A stretch of 62,231 nucleotides of DNA, the filler included, from Vannella sp. (lineage: Eukaryota): NCBI GenBank assembly GCA_023345925.1. It is 6 parts of 6 records of this genome, joined end to end, with 100 filler letters (N's around TTAATTAATTAA, not from the genome) between each part and the next. Parts side by side here need not be neighbours in the genome. Positions count along the whole stretch, not along the records: positions 50,067 to 60,207 come from JAJQQN010000003.1; positions 60,308 to 62,231 come from JAJQQN010001456.1; 4 more parts are not named here. One strand, given 5' to 3'. Below, piece by piece: positions 54,409 through 62,231 of this stretch. The first letter of the stretch is position 1; every line of letters starts with the position of its first letter. Below the pieces are notes generated by a model. That model searched no databases, was not told where the DNA came from, and saw nothing but the letters and a program-made list of their open reading frames with translations. A program made the translations under genes and the position numbers.

Positions 54409-57400
54409 ATGGCTGGTGACAAGAAGAAGTCGTCCAAGAGCTCAAGCTCCAAGAAGGATGACAAGAAGAAGTCTTCCAAGACTGAAGAGAAGAAGTCTTC
54501 CACTCCTAAAGCAGAGACTCCCAAAGCTGAGGCCCCGAAAGCAGCCCCCAAGGAAGTTAAGGCCGCTGCCCCTGCCGCTGCTGCTGCCCCTGCAGAAAAG
54601 AAGGAGAAGGCAGGTGGAGAACTAATGAAACGGGTTGGTTATGAGGACATGACTCTCATGGAGAACATGACCCTCGAAGGAGTTCTGGAGAACTTGAAGG
54701 AACGGTACATGGAGGACCTCATCTACGTAAGACTTGCACCACCATTCTATACGAAAGCTCACTAACACTTATATAGACCTATACCAGCTCTATTCTAGTT
54801 GCTGTCAACCCTTACAAACGGCTTCCTCTCTTCACGGAGAAGTTCGTCAAAGCCTACAAGGGTGTGCGCCTCGGGAAGCAACCTCCCCATATCTTTGCTA
54901 TCGCCGAGACTGCCTACACAAGCATGATTCAGCATGAGCGCAATCAATCCGTTTTGGTCAGGTACGGCCGTTGGGGACCGGGATGAAGCTTCGCACTTAC
55001 TGACGTTACGGTGATAGTGGAGAGTCTGGTGCTGGTAAAACAGAGTCGACCAAGCTCATCTTACAGTTCCTTTCTGCGAGAACTGGGCGCTCCTCCAACA
55101 TCGACAAGATGGTGTTGGCCTCAGTCCCGGTGCTCGAGGCCATGGGTAACGCCAAGACTGGCCGTAACGACAACTCTTCCCGTTTCGTATGTTTTGTTGT
55201 CTCCTTAGAGTGCCTTTCTCACACCATCTCTGCAGGGTAAGCTCATCAAAATCCAGTTTAACGACGAGTACCAAATCATTGGCTCTGCCATGGACCACTA
55301 CCTCTTGGAGAAGTCTCGCCTTATCTTCCAAGCCCCTGGAGAGCGAAACTTCCACATCTTCTACCAGATGACCAACGGCATGACTGCTGAGGAGAAGAAA
55401 CGATACCATTTGCGCGAACCAGAGTATTACAACTACATCAACAAGAGCGGTTGCTACACTGTCAACGGGCTTGATGAGTCAAAGGAGCTCCATGAATTCC
55501 GAGAGGCTCTGGCACTCTTCGACATCAACGACGAACTTGAGAACCAGATGTTCCGTGTTCTGGCTGCTGTGCTCCACTTGGGAAACATTGTCTTCAAGGA
55601 CGAGGGAGAAGGATGCGTGGTCACTCCAGGTGATGCCCAGAAAGAGCTCGAGATCACTGCTGAGCTTCTTGGTATTAAGCCTGACCAATTGCTCTTCGCT
55701 ATCTCCAAGAAAGAGATCACCATGCGAAGTGAAGTCATCACTAAGCCCCTCAATGCTGACGGTGCTCGCAACCAAACAGACGCCTTAGCAAAGCACCTCT
55801 ACTCGGTCCTCTTCGACTGGTTGGTGACCCAATTGAACGGCTGTACCCATGCGGACTCCTACCGTCAGTTCATTGGTGTTCTGGACATCTTCGGGTTCGA
55901 AGTTTTCATTCAAAACTCGCTCGAACAGTTCCTCATTAACTTTGCCAACGAGAAGCTCCAGCAGTTCTTCAACCACCAGATCTTCAAGCTTGAACAGACC
56001 ATTTACGAGGAGGAGAAGATCGATTGGACCCAGATTGAGTTCAAGGACAACCAAGAGACCCTCGATCTCATCGAAGCCAGGCGTCCCCCTGGCATTGTGT
56101 GTATTCTGGACGAAGAAAGTCGTTTCCCTCGTGCTACGGATCTCACCTTCCTCGAGAAGATGGCCACCAACCTCGCCAAGCACCCCAACTTCGAGAAGCC
56201 TCGCTTAGCTCGTGACAAGTTCATTGTCAAGCACTTTGCAGGAGACGTAGACTACGAAGTCAACGGATGGCGAGAGAAGAACAAGGACGAGCTCCCAGAG
56301 CACATTCAGCGCGTTCTCGGAGGTTCCGAGAACATGTTCACGGCCATTCTGTACTCTGGAGAGGAGATCAATGACCCCAAAGGTGTCACTGGCAAATCTC
56401 CCATCAGCCGTCGCGCTCAAAAGGAGGGCGAGAAGGCTGCTGGAGGTGGGGACGCCGCGAACATCAAACTGGACCTTGGTGCTGGAAAGAAAGCAGCCCC
56501 TGCTGCTGCCGCTAACAAGGCTGGCAAGATGACTCTGGCTACCCAATTCAAGACTCAACTTCAGAACCTCATGGACTTGCTCGGATCCACAGAGCCCTAT
56601 TTCATCCGCTGCGTCAAGTCCAACCCTCAGAAGAAGCCCAACACCTTCGATGAGAAGCTCATTTACGACCAGCTGCTCTATGCTGGTATGTTGGAGACGA
56701 TTCGTATCCGTCGAATGGGTTATCCCATCCGTTGGACCCACGAGGACTTCTTCAAGCGCTTCCGAGTTATTTCCCCGCAGGTCTCTCAGACCAAGTCGTG
56801 GCGCGACTGTGCCCAGGAGCTTGCTCTCACGTTGAACATGGACATGCCCAAGGGTGGTCAGATTGGTGTGACAAAGGTCTTCTTGAAGCAGGAGATGGCC
56901 AATGTGTTGGAAGACCGACGCAATCACTCTCTCACCCATATCATCAAGCTTATGCAGCAATGGTGGCGAATGGTTTCCAACCGAGGTCACTTTATCGAGT
57001 CTCGTAGCACTGCTATCGCTCTGCAAGCCTGGCAACGGTCCAATGTCCCCCGTCGCCAGTTTGTTGCCAAACGTGCTGGTGCCTTACTTGCACAAACAGC
57101 TTGGAGGAGGTACAGTGCCCAGAGGAAGCTCTTCCAACTTCGGGAGAAGAAGCGAAAGGAGGAAGAAGAACGCCTCCGCCGCGAGGAAGAAGAGCGCAAG
57201 GCTCGCATTAAGAAGGTTGGTGAGGAGCAAGTCAGAAAGGAAGAGGAGTTGAAGCGCAAGATGGAAGATGAGCAGGATGAAGCTGAACGCGAAAAGATTC
57301 GCACTCTTCTCGAGAGTGGAGGCGAACCAAAGGAGGAGGAGGCGGTTCAGGCTGTCACAGAGGAGCCCAAGAAGAAGAAGAAGAAGAAGACGCTCACTCG

Positions 57401-58408
57401 CACAGGATCCATCATGATGGACCGAAACGAGATTCTCGAAGTGCCAATCAATGTGGACGGTAAGATGACTGTCGGTCTCGGTTGGAAGCAACGCAAGAAG
57501 TTCGATATGGACGCTTCCTGCTTGATGTTCCGCTACAAGCAGCACGTTGATGACTGCTACAAGTTCAAGCCCAGAAGTAACGATGGTGCAGTCATCCACA
57601 AGGTTGGATGGAGTGGAGCTCTTTCCCTCATCTCCTCTATTGGTGGGGAAGGTTCTGATAACCACCAAATCGACGTGAACCTCAAGAAGCTCTCGAAGAA
57701 GGTCAACACACTCGTCTTCGTGGTCACATTGTTCACACAAGGGGCCACCTTCACTGACGTCGAGGACTCCTACGTTCGTCTGATCGATGCCAACACCAAG
57801 GTTGAGTACTGTCGCTATACCATTGAGTCCTCTGGTAAGGAGACAGCCAAGATCATGTGCAAGCTCTACCGCTACGGATACACCGCTTGGCGCCTCAAGG
57901 CCATCGGCCAGGCTAGTCAAGGCCGCTTGTACAAGCACATGATCTCTCGTGTCAACCCTTACCTTGACAACCAGCCACCCAGGAAGCGCTTTAAGATCAC
58001 CATCCACCAAGCCACTATCACCAACCTCAATCAACGACGGGCCAAGCGTGATGGTGAGGCGCTCAGCACTTTCTGTGAAACTCGTTTCGACTTGGATTGC
58101 GCCAAGACCAAGATTGCCAAGCGTACCCAAGAGCCTGCATGGAACACCACCCACGAACTGGAGGGTTTCGCCACCACTATCGAGGTCGCCTTGATGCACA
58201 AGCGCGGTTTTGCCAAGATTGTACGTTTCGTTCTCTCTCTCTCTCAACGGCTCGTTGAACTAACTGGTGACAGGGATTCCTTGCGCGCGCAGTGATTGAG
58301 ATAACGGACAAGAAGCCTTTGGGTTGCAAGGAGGAGTGGTTCAACTTTGCTGAGGAGGACACTGCTCAATGCTCCGGCCAGATTAAGCTCTCCATTGTGG
58401 AGCTTTAA
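54409..58408 (+). CDS. Unconventional myosin: motor, IQ motifs, SAH, TerD domain, C2 domain (introns 54727-54776, 54962-55017, 55187-55235, 58221-58273)
   Basis: Spliced motor motifs [48 protein letters not shown]; about three IQ-like motifs; ER/K helix; Ter[35 protein letters not shown]2 [25 protein letters not shown]. Confidence 0.92.
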
Positions 58409-58495
58409 GTCTCTTATCTATGCTCCTTCCATACATAAAGAGAGCTCTCTTCGCCAATGGCGTGGTTTGATGCCTTTCTAAGGTTTATTAGCGGC

Positions 58496-59806
58496 TCAGT
58501 TGGGTCTGGAGCGCTTTCGCTCTCCCTCTGATCGAGAGGAGGAATAGTCACGCTTCCCTAGAACAGGATCGCGACGAGAGAAATCGCGTGAGCGATCATC
58601 TCGAGAGGGAGGACCGCGGCGATCATCTCGAGGAGGACCTCGGCGGTCATCTTCCCCTCGACGATCCCGTGAAGAGTAACGATCTCGATCATCCCTGCGG
58701 TCATCATAGCGGTCCCCGCGAGGGCGATCTCCTCGAGAATCACGTTCGTCTCGCCGAGGATCAACACTGCCACTTCTCGGGCTTGGGACTGACGCTGTAT
58801 CGGGATTGTACTCCACTGGAGTGATAGCTGGACGAGATGCACTGGCTTGAGTCTCAGAAGAGCGAGAGGAGGTGGAAGAAGAGTGGTTCTCGGTGGGCAT
58901 GATGTCGTACTCATCGCCCCCATGAACAGAATCTCCTCCCAGAGGGACAATCTCGTCTCTGTCAGGGAGACGCGACCGGCGATCTTCACTAGTACGCGAA
59001 GAGCCCCCTACTCGTGGGGTGCTATAGGTATCCCGTCCACTTCCACGTGGGCGGCGATCAGGTTGATCCACTCTTGAGGAGTTCATAAGCTCTGGAGGTA
59101 AGTCCGCCCTGCGACCATCTTCCTTAGAAGCTTCATAGACACCAATACGTTCTTGCATAGAGTTCTCCATGCGCTTCTTCCTCTGCTTAACGCAGTAAGC
59201 ATCCCACGTCCTCTCCGTGAATCCGTAGTTGAAGAAGTCCGTTATGTCGTTTCCAGGTAGGTTCCAGGGTCTCTCTTCATGGTTGGGTGCGTACAAGCCA
59301 CCTAAACCCTCTTGTGAAGGGGTGGGGACAAAGTTCTTCATGATGGCACCCTTGTCGTGGCTGCCTTCCATCGCAGCGGCATTTTGTAGGGAGATAGGCT
59401 GCATCAGTGTGTTCTGGGGTCTCTTATCGGGCTCTCCAGTCGTATCCAATTGAACATCAAACTCCAAAACGTCCTCGTCCTCTTCCTCTTCTTCCTCCTC
59501 GTCTCCGTTCTCCCCTCCCTCGGTCTTAACCCCATCTTCCTGATTGACTGCATCTCCTAGAGGGACTTCTGAAGACTAAAGGGTTCGGATGGGTCATCAA
59601 TTCAATGACAACATGGACGAACTGACGTACCAGCGCGGTGCTCGTAGTGGAGGACAAATCCATCGGTTCTGCTTTCACAGCGACTACAGGTCTGCTCTCC
59701 CTCGTTAGAACTTCTTCCCTGTGCTCTTTTTCTGGTCCCACATGGTGTTACCCTCTCCGCCCGCATCTGCCATCTGCTGGACCGGCTCGCCCTTGCTGTC
59801 TGACAT
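58496..59806 (-). CDS. FIP1: Pre-mRNA 3'-end processing factor Fip1 (5' exon structure uncertain)
   Basis: PWNLPGNDITDFFNYGFTERTWDAYC Fip1 motif, acidic N-terminal region, RD/RS-rich tail. Confidence 0.88.
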
Positions 59807-59897
59807 AAAATGGGATTTTAGGAACATTCAGATTGTGCAGCATTTTCCCGCTTCTCGAGGAGAATTCACAGACCGCAAAGGGAGCATCAATAAAGTG

Positions 59898-60000
59898 AAA
59901 AAATGAAATGAGCCCAAAATCTTATCCTGAAGAGATGGAGGTCATCAAGCTACGCAAATACGTTTCAGGACACTTTCCGCAAAGACAAGCGGATTTGGAA
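59898..60000 (+). repeat. Dispersed non-coding element, copy 3 (more diverged)
   Basis: 59898-59946 matches copy 2 with 1 mismatch over 49 nt. A degenerate continuation ends in TTTGGAA at 60000. Confidence 0.85.
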
Positions 60001-60207
60001 TGAGAGAGTTCGTGGCCTGAATTTGATCTCGACCAATGAATTTTTTATACATTTTGAGCATCTATTCAATGGATCGGCCAATTTTCGGCTGCGAGAAAAG
60101 TGTTGGACAAAAATTCTGCCACCATACTCCAAATTTGGAGCGCATTCTGTGAACAGAGTCTGAAAATCAGCTTATTCGGGCGACTGACCCAGAGATTTCG
60201 CTTGTTA

Positions 60208-60307
60208 NNNNNNNNNNNNNNNNNNNNNNNNNNNNNNNNNNNNNNNNNNNNTTAATTAATTAANNNNNNNNNNNNNNNNNNNNNNNNNNNNNNNNNNNNN
60301 NNNNNNN
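60208..60307. other. Artificial contig linker
   Basis: N44-TTAATTAATTAA-N44. Confidence 0.98.
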
Positions 60308-60863
60308 AGGGGCAGGCTGGGAAAGAGTGTGGCGGGCCACTCAACCCCGTCCGCGGGCCTCCGTTGAAAAGTGGCTCCAAATTCGACCGGGACCATTATG
60401 AATGAACTTTTTATGTGATTTAAGCGAGGGACTTTTTGGCTCTTCTCAAGATCGATTGGAGATCAACACACTGAGAAAGTGACCCAGAACTGATCAAACT
60501 GGGTGGCAAACCCCATCTCATTAGTTGATAGAAACGCCAGCCACCGAGTTGCTGAATTGCACTCCAAGATGATGAACAAGTCTCTCTTTGATTGTTTCCG
60601 GAAAGTGACTTGCCAGACAATACGTTCCGTGCGTGGCTGCTTTGCTGCTATGAGAGCACTTGGAATGCGGATGTCTTGAGCATGTCTTGAAGTACAGCAA
60701 TGTCAATGTCTGCATTCGGTCTGATCCTCTCTCGAAGGATTTCCTCCAATGAAAGTTCTGGAGCTCTTGCCGCTCCCTCGATGAAGGCTCGTGTATCATA
60801 AATGGTACCAATTCCTTGCCTTTGAGCTCTTGAACGGTCATTTGGAGCTCTGCCTGGTCGGGG

Positions 60864-62231
60864 ATGGCGTCGGTCCGACCTCTCGCGGCTCTCTTTCTCT
60901 TTGCGCTTCTGACGGTGGCTCTTCTGCATTTACAACTGGATCCTTACACAAAGGAGAGTAGAGAGATCCCCCAGAGGAGAGAGGAGGCCCGAAGGGATAG
61001 TCTGTTCCTTGTTGAAGACCAGTTGAAGGCGGGGCTGGATGGTTTGCTCTTGTCTGCGGAAGATCAGTTGAACTACCAGTTCATTCCGACCGGCATTCAT
61101 GCTGAGTATCTTTCTATCTTACGATCGCAAGCGGTACTGCTGTGTAAGAGCCCTAAAGGCGAATCTGCAAGCGGGTTTCCCTCCCGTTGCATGTACAACC
61201 ATCCCAAGGAGGTCTACTGCTCTATGAATGACCTTATGATTGACTATGATCGTATGATTCTTCGTGAGACAATCGATGATCGGCCTATTCCCCGCTACGA
61301 CCTCTTTATTGATGATGGAGCCATCGACCTTGCGGATTGCCCCATCAAAAGAGACTTAGAGATGTACCTAGTACAGATGGGCTTTGAAGTGGAGAACCTG
61401 AGGTCTACAACGGAGATCTTGAGGAGCTCTTTCAGTGGGAAAGACCTACCGAGGATCTCTTCTGATTCTTGTGATAGCTGGGAAGAGCAGATAACCTACT
61501 TTGTTACTCGCTACGACTATGTTAATGTGTTCCACACAACATGGGACTTGTACCAGCTCTGGTTTACAGCACAATTGGAGTCCATTCCCTCCCTGGATGA
61601 CATTCAAGTCATCTTTTTGGATGGGAAACCTCCAGGGAGTCTTGATCATCTCTGGCAAACTCTGACAGGGCCAGAGCCCATCCGACTTTCAACAATTAAG
61701 AATAGTAACAATCATAATCGAGTCCAATGCTACAGACGAGCTCTTTTTAGCTGCCCCTCTGATAACTCGAGGAACAACTTTTATCTCCGGCTGAGTTGGG
61801 GAACAGCCAGCTTGCAAAGACACTCTCAACTGTGGTTATCCTTCAGGGGGTTCTTACGAGAGAAGTTCCGTAGGTGAAGGCCAAGGGAGATTCAAACTCA
61901 CTAATAGTCTGTTTGTAGGCCTTTTTGACGCCATACAACAACCAGATGTACCTGTTATGACTCTCCTTCTTCGTCATGATTATGAAAAGACTGCCAGAAC
62001 GGGCACAACCAATAGGAAGTTTGCAAACGAGAAAGAAGGTGCGTTGGACTGGTCTTAACCGCAAATATTGCTCTCATTCCATCTTTTACAGTTTTACAAG
62101 ATCTTTCGCGTATTCAAGGTATCCAGTTCATCACTGCTGACTTAGCAGAGTTAACCTGGGACGAGCAAATTTCACTTATGGCACGGACGGATATATTATT
62201 GGGAGTTCATGGAGCAGGACTGACCCAACTC
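60864..62231 (+). CDS. Glycosyltransferase family 61 (EOGT/xylosyltransferase-like), type II membrane, 3' truncated
   Basis: N-terminal signal anchor; TRYDYVNVFHT; last exon LTWDEQISLMARTDILLGVHGAGLT. Confidence 0.85.

Noticed and set aside
57084..58247. 387-aa minus-strand ORF, and similar ones at 18186-19166 and 56205-57035
   Set aside because: Antisense to well-supported myosin or Sec24 exons, with no recognisable motifs.
14440..60307. Recurrent TTAATTAATTAA palindrome within N runs
   Set aside because: Identical 100-nt artificial linker. Adjacency of genes across it has no biological meaning.
60420..60929. Two same-frame minus-strand ORFs separated by one TAG
   Set aside because: No recognisable domain, no convincing ATG, and overlap with the GT61 start. 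It cannot be supported as a gene or a readthrough case.

Overview
Eukaryotic (protist, most consistent with an amoebozoan-like lineage) draft or metagenome-assembled sequence. It consists of six unrelated contigs joined by artificial 100-nt N44-TTAATTAATTAA-N44 linkers. The genome is very gene-dense, uses the standard code and has short (about 49-59 nt) GT-AG introns, so many ORF-track entries are exons of one gene. Housekeeping genes include Sec24, eIF2-beta, Fip1, MOB1, NSRP1-like, a UAS-UBX protein, a canonical Rac, an SDR and a GT61. Unusual multidomain genes are: a myosin whose tail is SAH-TerD-C2; two tandem giant intronless secreted repeat proteins, one ending in a GAIN/GPS-like site plus a single TM; a spliced TPR-WWE-like-PARP-like protein with a swapped catalytic triad; a CCCH-DEAH-KH-RRM-RBR helicase/E3 fusion; and a GRAM-like tail-anchored protein with a long 13-aa repeat rod interrupted by one in-frame TGA. 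Four intronless Ras/Rho paralogues all lack the G12, T35 and Q61 equivalents. A ~90-bp self-complementary non-coding element occurs three times, twice as inverted copies bracketing one of these GTPase genes. Two pseudogenes (Rac, SDR) are present. Domain calls come from motif recognition by eye and were not confirmed by database search. No rRNA, tRNA or CRISPR array was recognised.
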